A model generated the notes under the pieces. The model saw only the letters and a list, made by a program, of their open reading frames with translations. It had not been told where the DNA came from and searched no databases. 64,000 nt of DNA from an uncultured archaeon (GTDB lineage Archaea > EX4484-52 > JAADEF01), in NCBI GenBank assembly GCA_964407715.1, contig CAYOWP010000004.1, forward strand, positions 18,355 through 82,354, written 5' to 3'. Position numbers and translations under genes: made by a program. How positions within the stretch are numbered: position 1 is the first letter of the stretch; the number at the start of each line of letters is the position of its first letter. Below are positions 1 to 9,220 of the stretch, piece by piece.

Positions 1-1333
1 GTTTTTCTTTCCATGGAATATAATACCTCCCGGATTCTGGAACAATTACTTCACCACATTTCTTGCAATACCATAATGGAATCTCAGTAGCATAGTATCT
101 TCTCCTTGATATAGGCCAATCAAAAGAAATCGTATCTATCCAATTTTCCAAGATTTGACGCGAATCCTCAGAGAAGAATTTGATTTTCCTTGAAATCTTA
201 CGGATCTCGTTCTTGAACTCAACCTGTTTCAAATAAAGCTCCCTTAATGGAATAAACTCAATAGGTGTTTTTGTTCTTTCACATACTGGTATTTTATGCC
301 TTATTTTCTCCTTCTTAACCACATATCCCTTATCCTCAAGAATCTCCACAATCTTCTTTCTCGCATCCTCTACTTTTAATCCTGCTATTGGTCCTGATTT
401 CTCATTCATCTTGCCATCCTCATCTATAAGAATTATTGGCTCAAGATTTTGCTCTCTAAAGAATTGAATATCTGTATAATCACCAAAGGAACACATCATC
501 ACTAACCCTGTACCAAACTCTTTTTTAGCATAGGGATGTGCTTTTATTGGTACTTCCCTATTATAAACAGGCAAAATAGCATGTTTACCATTTAAGTGCT
601 TATATCTCTCATCTTGTGGATTAAAGATTATCATCTGACATGCCCCTAAGAGCTCTGGTCTAGTAGTTGCTATCACTATCTTCTCTCCTGTTTCCTTAAC
701 CTCAAAAGTGATATACACCAAATATCCCTCAACTTCCTTATATTCTATCTCAGAATCTGCAACAGTAGTTTTTAACTCCGGACAATAATTGCTTATATAT
801 TCTCCCTCATAGATTAATCCTCTTTTCCATAAATCAATAAATGTTGCTTGAGTCAATGCTCTATACTCGGGCATATCAGTTAAGTATACATCCCCTATAT
901 CTGTACCAACATCCCATGAATTAAAGCTTATTCCAAGTCTAAAAAAAGTCTCTGCACTCTTAAGTGAGTACTCCTCCAATAATTTTTTACATGCCTCTAT
1001 AAATTCCTCTCGTGTAACTTCCTCAGGAGAGATGTTTAATATCTTCTCAACAGATACCTCTATCGGCAACCCATTTCTATCCAATCCTAAAGGAAATAAG
1101 ACCTCATAACCTATTAACCTTCTAAACCTTGCGAACATATCCATTAATGTATAGGTTGTTGCATGACCAATATGTACTGGTGAGTTAACATATGGAGGAG
1201 GAGTATCTATAGAGTATATCTTCTTATTCGTTTTCTTATTGAACCTATACATCTTCTTTGATCTCCATTCCTCAGCTATCTCCAATTCCCAATCTTTATT
1301 CCATGTTTTCTCCCTTAACTTAAACTCAGACAT
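1..1333 (-). CDS. valS: Valyl-tRNA synthetase, 5' part (runs off window start)
   Basis: Hand translation from ATG 1333: MSEFKLREKTW...YSIDTPPPYVNSPVHIGHATTY (HIGH motif), GLDRNGLPIE, GTGLVMMCSFGD; GGTGA RBS upstream. Confidence 0.92.
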   Translation of the reverse strand, partial: MSEFKLREKTWNKDWELEIAEEWRSKKMYRFNKKTNKKIYSIDTPPPYVNSPVHIGHATTYTLMDMFARFRRLIGYEVLFPLGLDRNGLPIEVSVEKILNISPEEVTREEFIEACKKLLEEYSLKSAETFFRLGISFNSWDVGTDIGDVYLTDMPEYRALTQATFIDLWKRGLIYEGEYISNYCPELKTTVADSEIEYKEVEGYLVYITFEVKETGEKIVIATTRPELLGACQMIIFNPQDERYKHLNGKHAILPVYNREVPIKAHPYAKKEFGTGLVMMCSFGDYTDIQFFREQNLEPIILIDEDGKMNEKSGPIAGLKVEDARKKIVEILEDKGYVVKKEKIRHKIPVCERTKTPIEFIPLRELYLKQVEFKNEIRKISRKIKFFSEDSRQILENWIDTISFDWPISRRRYYATEIPLWYCKKCGEVIVPESGRYYIPWKEK

Positions 1334-1344
1334 CAAACATCACC

Positions 1345-2007
1345 TTATCTATACCTACATTTATATATCTCGGCAGCCAACTGAGGTAAACTCCTTGTTT
1401 GAAGATAGACTCTTCCATTACCGCTTATCTCAAACAAAAAACCTTCTCCTCCAAAAAAGAAGGTCTTTAACCCACCAATCTTCCTAAGTTTTACATCTAA
1501 TGAAGAGTCAAATGCCACAAGATTATAGTTGTCCACTAACACGCTTCCTCCATCTAATTTTATTTCCTCTATGGCTCCATAGACATTGAGATATGCGCTT
1601 CCATATCCCCTCAATTTTAGCCAGAATAAACCTCCACGAGAAAATATCCCTTTAAGACCAAAAAACTTTGTATCTATCTCTATGTTTCCTGTATTTAAAA
1701 GATAAGCCCCATCCCTTACAAAAAGCTCCTCTCCATTTAAAGGAATCTCCAATATCTCTCCTGGATATGATGGCGAAAACCATAACTCTGCATTGCTTAT
1801 TGCTATGAACCTATTTATAAAGAATGTCTCTCCCCCAAATAGAGATCTCTTTATGCCCTTGAATATCCCACCAAAAGATTTTGTTTCTATTCTCACATCT
1901 CCATTCATGTACATCAAAGACCCAGGTTGCGCATATATCTCTTCTTCAGGTTCAATAAAAGCCCTTACATAGTCATATCCTTTACGTTCTATAATCTCTG
2001 TTTTCAT
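1345..2007 (-). CDS. AIM24 / TIGR00266 family protein
   Basis: AQPGSLMYM, LFGGETFFINRF, FFGGEGFL, GRVYLQTR motifs. Confidence 0.88.
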   Translation of the reverse strand: MKTEIIERKGYDYVRAFIEPEEEIYAQPGSLMYMNGDVRIETKSFGGIFKGIKRSLFGGETFFINRFIAISNAELWFSPSYPGEILEIPLNGEELFVRDGAYLLNTGNIEIDTKFFGLKGIFSRGGLFWLKLRGYGSAYLNVYGAIEEIKLDGGSVLVDNYNLVAFDSSLDVKLRKIGGLKTFFFGGEGFLFEISGNGRVYLQTRSLPQLAAEIYKCRYR

Positions 2008-2031
2008 AGAACATCACCTCAAAATCTCATG

Positions 2032-2454
2032 CTATATAACACCACTACTCTCCAATTGTTGCCTTATCTTTTCCATTTGTCCAACAACATCCTCGATCAT
2101 ATCATCCAATCTGGTTAACTCTGCACTTGCCTTTTCTTTTAATTTTTCAAAATATTTTATTGCCTTATCATGAGACATCTCAACAACTATATTTGATCCT
2201 ATATTAACAAAGAGATTTTTCTTATTTACACTTCCAACCTTTACATACACCCGCGAACTTATTGGTAAAATGTACTCATCATGATCTTCTTTTAATCCCT
2301 CAATAGATTTGATGACTATATCATATTCATTTATTTTTTTCTCTATTTTTTCCCTTAAGAGAACTAATTGATTTGCCTTTTTTTCATATACATCATACAT
2401 ATACAGCATCTCCTGAACCTTTGATTCCACATCCATATCTTCTTTCTTTTCCAT
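2032..2454 (-). CDS. pfdA: Prefoldin alpha subunit
   Basis: Coiled coil-beta hairpin-coiled coil, VNIGSNIVVEM motif; adjacent to aIF6. Confidence 0.88.
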   Translation of the reverse strand: MEKKEDMDVESKVQEMLYMYDVYEKKANQLVLLREKIEKKINEYDIVIKSIEGLKEDHDEYILPISSRVYVKVGSVNKKNLFVNIGSNIVVEMSHDKAIKYFEKLKEKASAELTRLDDMIEDVVGQMEKIRQQLESSGVI

Positions 2455-2469
2455 TTTACACCACCATCT

Positions 2470-3144
2470 TTATAGAAATCCTAAGCTCTCTGTGGCTCTT
2501 CCTAATTCAATTGGAGTAGTGATATCTCCAACAACTAAGGAAGTATCATTAACAAGAATGCCAGATTTAACATAAGGAGAGCCATAATTAACGGTACCTA
2601 TATCTCCATCCACTCCCAATACCTCTTTAACTTTCTCATATTCCTCTTCCTCTGCATATGCAGAGATTAAAAATCCCTTATTATTTGCAACGCCTAAACT
2701 ACCAACCAAATCCAAATCCATAATCTTGCCTATTTCAACATCTACATTCAAGATATCCGCAATCTCTTTCTTATATTTGATAAGTGTCTTTGATATCAAT
2801 GCACCTTTATTATTGCATAAAATCAGATTGCCAATTACATTTTCCCTTGCCTTTAAGAATCCAACATTGATATCTACACCTTCCTCTTTCAATGCTTTTT
2901 TCAATGCCTTTTTTTCATTATCAGATATGATATCTGATAATAATATACCATTATCATTCATACATGCAAAAATACCTATAAATGGAGTATTATAAATGCT
3001 TGCCTTGATAACCCTCACCTTGAATACCTCTGCTATATCTAAATTAAACGATAGTATCTTAGGCACTATTGCTATCTGATTATTTACGATAGCGTATAGT
3101 CCAATGTTAATATCTCCATCTATTTTGCCCTTTAATATAACCAT
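2470..3144 (-). CDS. eif6: Translation initiation factor aIF6
   Basis: NIGLYA, IGNLILCNNKGAL, GTVNYGSPYVKSGILVND, TTPIELGR; start taken at MVILKG. Confidence 0.93.
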   Translation of the reverse strand: MVILKGKIDGDINIGLYAIVNNQIAIVPKILSFNLDIAEVFKVRVIKASIYNTPFIGIFACMNDNGILLSDIISDNEKKALKKALKEEGVDINVGFLKARENVIGNLILCNNKGALISKTLIKYKKEIADILNVDVEIGKIMDLDLVGSLGVANNKGFLISAYAEEEEYEKVKEVLGVDGDIGTVNYGSPYVKSGILVNDTSLVVGDITTPIELGRATESLGFL

Positions 3145-3146
3145 AA

Positions 3147-4175
3147 TTAACCACAAAACAACCCTTCAGCTGATGCATTTTCCTCATTAGATAAAGTTAA
3201 GTTGCATTCCTCTGGAGAATCTATAAATGCCTCGCATATGGCATCTTTTAAGGCTTGTGTACTTCTCTCACCGTTATATTTGTAGTCATTTATAAATAAA
3301 GTTGGTGATGCTTTTATGCCCTTTGCAGATGTTGCCTCGTATTCTGATAAAACAATCTTATCAAACTCGTTATTATACTCTTCCTCTATCCTTTCAACAT
3401 CTAAATTCAAGTTTTTAGCAATTTCTTTCCAGCAATCCTCTATATTATTGAGGCTACATTCCTTATTAACCTCAACCACATACTCCGCCCATGTCTCTAT
3501 GCCATAGAGATTATAAATTACCTTTTCTCTCACATCCTGATAAAGCTCCCTGTTACCATGTAATGACCAATATTTCTCTCCATTAATCTCAACTATTTCT
3601 TCGCTATTGTAGGGATTGTCTCCTTTATAGATAATATAATGAGGGACAAAATTAACCTTATCCTTTAAGAGCTTGATAACTCCTATCATGACATTTTCTA
3701 TTTGATTTCCATACGGGCAAAAGGACATCACATTTATACTTACATTTGGAACTTCGCTCTTTGTGATATTTGGTTTTGGAATTTCAAAGTGCTCAACTAC
3801 CTCTACCTTTTGTAAAAATGCTGTCTCTCCATCACATGAAATATAGAGAGGATGAGGATATTCCCTTCCATTAATTAAAAAATATACCTCATAAAGACAA
3901 TCGTTGAATTTTTTTACATCATTAACCTCCACATCCAATGATAAAGAATCAAGATTCATCCCCATTGATGAATAATAATCATATAGCAACTTTGTAAAAG
4001 TATTCTTTGCAAGCTCTCCTGCTTGTTTCTCACTTATCAATGATTTTTGATTTAATGTGCTTGGATGTGTAAGGTATCCCATTAAAAATCCAACTACTAT
4101 CCCAACAATGCCAATGATCATGATCATATAATCCTTTGATATCTTTAAAGATATCTTTTTGTCTTTTTTACTCAT
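3147..4175 (-). CDS. Membrane-anchored thioredoxin/DsbA-fold protein
   Basis: N-terminal TM helix, MSFCPYG, cis-Pro motif ASPTLFIN; GGAGGTGA RBS before ATG 4175. Confidence 0.7.
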   Translation of the reverse strand: MSKKDKKISLKISKDYMIMIIGIVGIVVGFLMGYLTHPSTLNQKSLISEKQAGELAKNTFTKLLYDYYSSMGMNLDSLSLDVEVNDVKKFNDCLYEVYFLINGREYPHPLYISCDGETAFLQKVEVVEHFEIPKPNITKSEVPNVSINVMSFCPYGNQIENVMIGVIKLLKDKVNFVPHYIIYKGDNPYNSEEIVEINGEKYWSLHGNRELYQDVREKVIYNLYGIETWAEYVVEVNKECSLNNIEDCWKEIAKNLNLDVERIEEEYNNEFDKIVLSEYEATSAKGIKASPTLFINDYKYNGERSTQALKDAICEAFIDSPEECNLTLSNEENASAEGLFCG

Positions 4176-4179
4176 TATT

Positions 4180-5634
4180 TCACCTCCTAACAACAATTGT
4201 TTTTATTTTTGTAAACTCTAATATAGATTCTCCTATTCCCTCTCTGCCTGTTCCAGAACCTTTATTCCCGCCAAATGGGAAGTATCCTATTCCATGTGTG
4301 GGATGTGCGTTTATTGTTATTTCTCCCTCTCCCAATTCCTTTGCTATTTCAATACCTCGCGATGTGTCAGCAATAAATATGCTTGCATCAAGTCCATATT
4401 TTGTATCCTTTGCCTTTTTTATTGCATCATCCAAATCTTTTGCTGTGGTTATGGTAATTACAGGACCAAAGGTCTCTTCATAGAATATCTTCATCTCATT
4501 TGTTACGTTATCTAAAATAGCAGGTGTAATTACATTATCTCCTTTTCTTTCATATCCATAAACAAGAGTTGCTCCTTTTGTTAAAGCATCTCTTATTAGC
4601 TCCTCTACCTTATCTGCAGCATCCTTGTCAATTAAAGGAACCAAATTTGTATTTGGATCATAGGGATCCCCAAATCTCCAGTTATCCATCTCTTTTAACA
4701 ATGCATCTATCAGTTTTTGTTTAATTTCCTCTAAAACAATAACCCTATTTATGGCATCACATCTCTGTCCTGAGAATTTTAAAGCTCCCTTGGATATTTC
4801 CTTTGCATACATCTCGATGTTCTTATCATCTAAAACCAATGCATTTCCCTTACCTCCCAGTTCAGAATGGAATTTTTTAAATGTAAGTTTAGATGCTATT
4901 TTTTCTCCCACATATGTAGAACCTGTAAATGAAACCATATCTGTAAAATCATGTTGCAACAATATATCTCCAATCTCTGAGGATCTTCCCGTAACAACAT
5001 TGAATATCCTCTTATCAACTCCCACTTTCTCAGCAGCCTTATCAAAAGCCTGAGCAAGAAGAATAGAAGAGATTGGGGTTTTAAGAGAAGGTTTTGCAAC
5101 TATTACATTACCAGAAAGAAGTGCAGGGATTACCTTTATCATCAGTGTTAGAGCAGGATAATTGAAAGGAGAAATGCACACAACACCACCATAAGGTTCC
5201 CTTATGATTATGGCATATTTTCCATCACTGCCAAAACCAAATTCTCCATCCTTAAATGTCGGTTGTAGTATCTCTACTTCTCTTTCTACATATTTGAATC
5301 GCTCTATTAATGCATTCACCTCTCCCTCAGCATAATGAATGCTTTTTCCAGATTCCTTAATCAATATGTCTATTAGCTTGTCCTTTATCTTTTCTATTTC
5401 TTCTTTCCATGCATACATTAGAGATAGTCTCTGCTTTATGCTGCTCTTCTTCCAGTATTCTTTTATCTCTATCAAAGAATCCAGTACCTCGGTTGCTCTT
5501 TCCTTGCTAATTAAAGAAACCTGAGCAAATTCTTTTAAATCATGAGGGGATACCACTCCTTTTCTATCTTCAGAATATTCGAAATTTCCTAACACATAAT
5601 ACGGATATACATTCTCCTCTTCATTAAAAGACAT
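4180..5634 (-). CDS. gapN: Aldehyde dehydrogenase, GAPN (non-phosphorylating glyceraldehyde-3-phosphate dehydrogenase)-like
   Basis: ISPFNYP, SFTGST, ELGGK, SGQRC, EETFGP, HGIGYFPFGG; start uncertain (5634 or 5658). Confidence 0.8.
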   Translation of the reverse strand: MSFNEEENVYPYYVLGNFEYSEDRKGVVSPHDLKEFAQVSLISKERATEVLDSLIEIKEYWKKSSIKQRLSLMYAWKEEIEKIKDKLIDILIKESGKSIHYAEGEVNALIERFKYVEREVEILQPTFKDGEFGFGSDGKYAIIIREPYGGVVCISPFNYPALTLMIKVIPALLSGNVIVAKPSLKTPISSILLAQAFDKAAEKVGVDKRIFNVVTGRSSEIGDILLQHDFTDMVSFTGSTYVGEKIASKLTFKKFHSELGGKGNALVLDDKNIEMYAKEISKGALKFSGQRCDAINRVIVLEEIKQKLIDALLKEMDNWRFGDPYDPNTNLVPLIDKDAADKVEELIRDALTKGATLVYGYERKGDNVITPAILDNVTNEMKIFYEETFGPVITITTAKDLDDAIKKAKDTKYGLDASIFIADTSRGIEIAKELGEGEITINAHPTHGIGYFPFGGNKGSGTGREGIGESILEFTKIKTIVVRR

Positions 5635-5719
5635 AATATTCTTATAGTTGAAATACATTTTAAAAATTTTTAGATTTTATCACCCAACAAGAGACTTCCT
5701 CATCAAAAGCCTTTGGAAA

Positions 5720-6270
5720 GTGATTTTCCCTGCGTTAACCAGTTATTTTGATAAATATGGTTAACGGGAGAGAGAGCCATTTGAGAGAGCTGAGTATAGT
5801 ATGATAGCCTTTGAAAGCAGTTAGGAAGCAACTAACCTTTAAAAGCGGTTAGCTGCTCTAAAATCTTTGTGTTAGTGATATCTTCCCGTTAACCAATTTT
5901 TTATTTTTAAAAATGGTTAAGGGGAAGTATACCTTCTCAAAGGATATCTTACAGCAGCTAACCATTTCAAAGCAGTTAGGAAGCAGCTAACCTTTTAGGG
6001 AAGGTTACCATACTCCTAAGCCTTTGTGTTAGTGATATCTTCGCGTTAACCAATTTTTTATTTTTAAAAATGGTTAAGGGGAAAAATACCTCATCAAAGA
6101 ATATCAAACAGCAGCTAACCTTAAATTGGGTTACTATGCTGTAAAACCTTAGTTATAGTGATATCTTCGCGTTAACCAGTTATATTCAAATAAAAAACAT
6201 GGTTAAATGGAAAACCTGACCATCTGAAAAACCATGGTAGAGCAGCTACCCAAAATAAATGGGTTAAGAA
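5720..6270. repeat. Tandem array 1 of palindromic intergenic repeat family (~3.5 units)
   Basis: GTTAACC at 5734, 5888, 6045, 6171, each followed after an AT spacer by TGGTTAA; internal AGCAGCTAACC/GGTTAGC motifs; no ORF. Confidence 0.9.
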
Positions 6271-6315
6271 GCGAAAAGTTTCTGAAAAGGATAGTATGGA
6301 GCAACATGGATAGTG

Positions 6316-6470
6316 GCATTATCCAATCATTCTCCATTTGTTAAGCGGAAGAGTAACCTCTTAAAGAACCGCATTAAAGTAGCGAACCTTATAGAGCTGA
6401 TGCGATTACCGCTATAAGTGCTATTTGCGCGTTAAATTTCCGCTTAACAATAAAAAATTTTGGACAAAGC
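6316..6470. repeat. MITE-like monomer of the repeat family (short form)
   Basis: GCATTATCCAAT...TTGTTAAGCGGAA ... TTCCGCTTAACAA...TTGGACAA; near-identical to the ends of 35464-35833. Confidence 0.85.
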
Positions 6471-6556
6471 CCTCAATGCCTAATGAAGAGTTAATATTTT
6501 AAATTTTTTGGTTTATATCTCTTATTTTTATTTTTATTTTAAGTTTATGGAGGGAG

Positions 6557-6799
6557 ATGATGAGGTTTGAGAAAATATCTCGATTAACAGAGATTTGTAT
6601 TAAAGAGGGAGGTAACTTTTATGTTATCTTGAATGGCAATGTTTATTGTGGGATAGCTCGTACTCGCGGTCCTGTAGAATGTCCATATTGCTGTAAAGAA
6701 AAAGACATAAATGGGTTATATAAGTGTACATATGAAGGATATACAAAAATTAGGGATATGATTCTCTACAAAAAACCGCTTAATGATAAGAAATTATAA
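6557..6799 (+). CDS. Small Cys-rich hypothetical protein
   Basis: GGAGGGAG RBS; six Cys including CPYCC. Confidence 0.6.
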   Translation: MMRFEKISRLTEICIKEGGNFYVILNGNVYCGIARTRGPVECPYCCKEKDINGLYKCTYEGYTKIRDMILYKKPLNDKKL

Positions 6800-8375
6800 A
6801 ATTTTTTATAATTATATTAACAATATGAAGATTGAACATTCAGGAACTTTTCCTTATTCAAAGATCCTTTTGTATGGAATGATAATTGAAATTGGATTGT
6901 TTTCATTTATAACATCTTGGTATTTTTATCCATGGGATTTTTTGTCATATTTGCTAAATGGGGATTACTTATTTGGGAATGGAGAATATTATGAAATATA
7001 CAGACCTCCTTGCCTCTCTTTTTTCCTCTTTCTATTGAAATTATTTTTTCAAAATAAATATCTTATATTATTTTCCTTTATTTTTATGTCATCAATATTT
7101 TTTATTTACTCTATAGAACATATCTTAAACTCATTACCCATCAAAAATAGAGATCATGCAAGGTTGCTGATATTTTTTGTACTTGGTATGAATCCTGTCT
7201 TTATTGCTTTCTCTTTTATCCCATCGGGTACTGAAATCATTTCTATAAGTTTCGCTATGTTAGGAATCTCATACCTTCTTTCTTCCAATGGCATAAAAGA
7301 TGCAACATTAAGTGGAATCTTGCTCTCACTCTCTTCCCTAACAAGATATAATTTTCTAATTTTGTTTCCTATCTTGTTTTTTCACAGAAAACTTAAGAAA
7401 ATATTTTTTGCAATTGTTTCATTTTCTATGCCTTGGCTCTTCTGGCTAATATATAACAAAGTAATGTATGGTAAATTCCTTTATAGTTTTATAGACTCAT
7501 ATTTCCTTAATGTATACTATCGAGAAACAATATCACAATCACCTTCTTTCAATGAACTTCTTTTCTTATTCGTGATTATCATTACAACATCTCTTTTTTT
7601 AATATACGTGCTTAAAAAATTACTTTTCTATCATATAGAATACAAAAAGCAAATAATCGCTCTGCTTTTTATATCATTATATATTTTATTGACCTCCCTC
7701 TATACCTTTATTATTATGCCTCTAAAAATAAAGAGATATATTTATCCTATAACTATCTCTTATATTCTCTTTGTTCTAATCTACCAAATGCTAATATCTA
7801 GCAAAAGAAAAGTAAAAATCAACAAAAGAACCATAAAAATTGGAGCAATATCTTTTATCATCTTGCTTGTTTCTTTTAATATTTTTTATGCGCAATATCT
7901 CTCTTTTTATGAGTTCAAAAATCACTATGCTCCAATCCAAGAAGAAATCGAAAATGTTTATGAATATATAAAAAATGCTTCCTGTATATACTCTGATTAT
8001 TGGATTTATTATAATGCTCTTAATATTAAAGCATATCCTGAAGGATTCTTATATGATCCGCTTACAAAATCTTTTGATACACGTAATCTCAATAGTAATT
8101 GTTCATACATTATCTTGCATGAAAATAAAGTAGATATCTTTCCTTATTATAATGAAACCTTTAAAATGAAAGAGATAAATCAAACAAAGATATATTTTAT
8201 ATCCTCAGTACTCTTAAGGAAAGAAAGCACTCAAAATGCATACTTTAAAAGATATAAAAATAAAGTGGTCATAGATAACATATATTGGTATTCTTTGTTG
8301 TATGAAGATCCAAATTTATTTTATAAAGTATGCTCAGATGCTTTTGGCATTTTCTCTTTTGCAATGTGCAAGTGA
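6783..8375 (+). CDS. Polytopic membrane glycosyltransferase (GT-C, ArnT/PMT-like)
   Basis: About 11-12 TM segments, EIYRPP loop, LSSLTRY motif, soluble C-terminal domain. Confidence 0.7.
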   Translation: MIRNYKIFYNYINNMKIEHSGTFPYSKILLYGMIIEIGLFSFITSWYFYPWDFLSYLLNGDYLFGNGEYYEIYRPPCLSFFLFLLKLFFQNKYLILFSFIFMSSIFFIYSIEHILNSLPIKNRDHARLLIFFVLGMNPVFIAFSFIPSGTEIISISFAMLGISYLLSSNGIKDATLSGILLSLSSLTRYNFLILFPILFFHRKLKKIFFAIVSFSMPWLFWLIYNKVMYGKFLYSFIDSYFLNVYYRETISQSPSFNELLFLFVIIITTSLFLIYVLKKLLFYHIEYKKQIIALLFISLYILLTSLYTFIIMPLKIKRYIYPITISYILFVLIYQMLISSKRKVKINKRTIKIGAISFIILLVSFNIFYAQYLSFYEFKNHYAPIQEEIENVYEYIKNASCIYSDYWIYYNALNIKAYPEGFLYDPLTKSFDTRNLNSNCSYIILHENKVDIFPYYNETFKMKEINQTKIYFISSVLLRKESTQNAYFKRYKNKVVIDNIYWYSLLYEDPNLFYKVCSDAFGIFSFAMCK

Positions 8376-8467
8376 TTGAAGTACTTTTTAATAGAAGTAA
8401 CCAAAAATTTTAAATATTTTGATATATCAATATATTTATATACATTTGTTTATCTAAAGGTGATTAA

Positions 8468-9220
8468 ATGTCTCAACGAGTTATAGGGATTTTGTCAGGT
8501 AAAGGAGGAGTGGGAAAAACTGTCACATCTCTAAATCTTGGGTTGGCATTACATCAATTCGGAGAAGATGTTGTTGTAATAGATGCAGATATTACAGCTT
8601 CAAATTTAGGGTTGCATTTAGGAATGTACAATTTTCCGCATGGTCTTCAAGATGTATTAAATAATGATCTCGACATCGAAAAGGCAATGTATATGCATCA
8701 TACAGGATTACGAGTAATACCAGCATCATTAGATATCTCATCTTTAAAGGCAGATATCTCACAATTAAAGAAGGTAGTGAAGGAAATCCCTGCAGAAATA
8801 ATACTTATAGATGCTCCACCAGGCATAAATGAAGATGTATTGGCTGTGTTAAATGCATCAAAAGAAATTATGATCGTAACAAATCCTGACATTCCGACAG
8901 TTACAAATGCCATGAAGATTTCACGGGTATCAGAAAAATATAAAAGGCATGTTTCTGGTGTGATAGTTAATAGATACCTTGGAAATGCATATGAATTAAA
9001 TATTGATGAGATTGAAATGATGATAGAATCACAAATATATGGTGTAGTACCTGAAGATCCTTATGTGAGAGAAAGTATTTATCAAAAAATTCCAATTGTG
9101 GCGTATAAACCTTTTAGTCCTGCATCAATAGCATTTAAACAGATTGCGGCTAAGATAATAGGTAAGGTATATAAACTCCCAAGATTTTATAGAATAAAAA
9201 GATTATTGGGATTAATATGA
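8468..9220 (+). CDS. minD: MinD/ParA family ATPase (archaeal MinD-like)
   Basis: Deviant Walker A SGKGGVGKT, IDAD, IDAPPG, GVIVNR, VPED. Confidence 0.9.
   Translation: MSQRVIGILSGKGGVGKTVTSLNLGLALHQFGEDVVVIDADITASNLGLHLGMYNFPHGLQDVLNNDLDIEKAMYMHHTGLRVIPASLDISSLKADISQLKKVVKEIPAEIILIDAPPGINEDVLAVLNASKEIMIVTNPDIPTVTNAMKISRVSEKYKRHVSGVIVNRYLGNAYELNIDEIEMMIESQIYGVVPEDPYVRESIYQKIPIVAYKPFSPASIAFKQIAAKIIGKVYKLPRFYRIKRLLGLI

Noticed and set aside
5720-6270. Replication origin with ORB elements
   Set aside because: No ORB consensus or G-string, no orc1/cdc6 nearby, and the motif occurs at six loci.
5720-6470. Repeats as integron attC sites (GTTAAGC/GCTTAAC resemble GTTRRRY/RYYYAAC)
   Set aside because: No ORF cassettes between sites, junction hairpins are too short, core order is reversed in the monomers, and no integrase is in the window.
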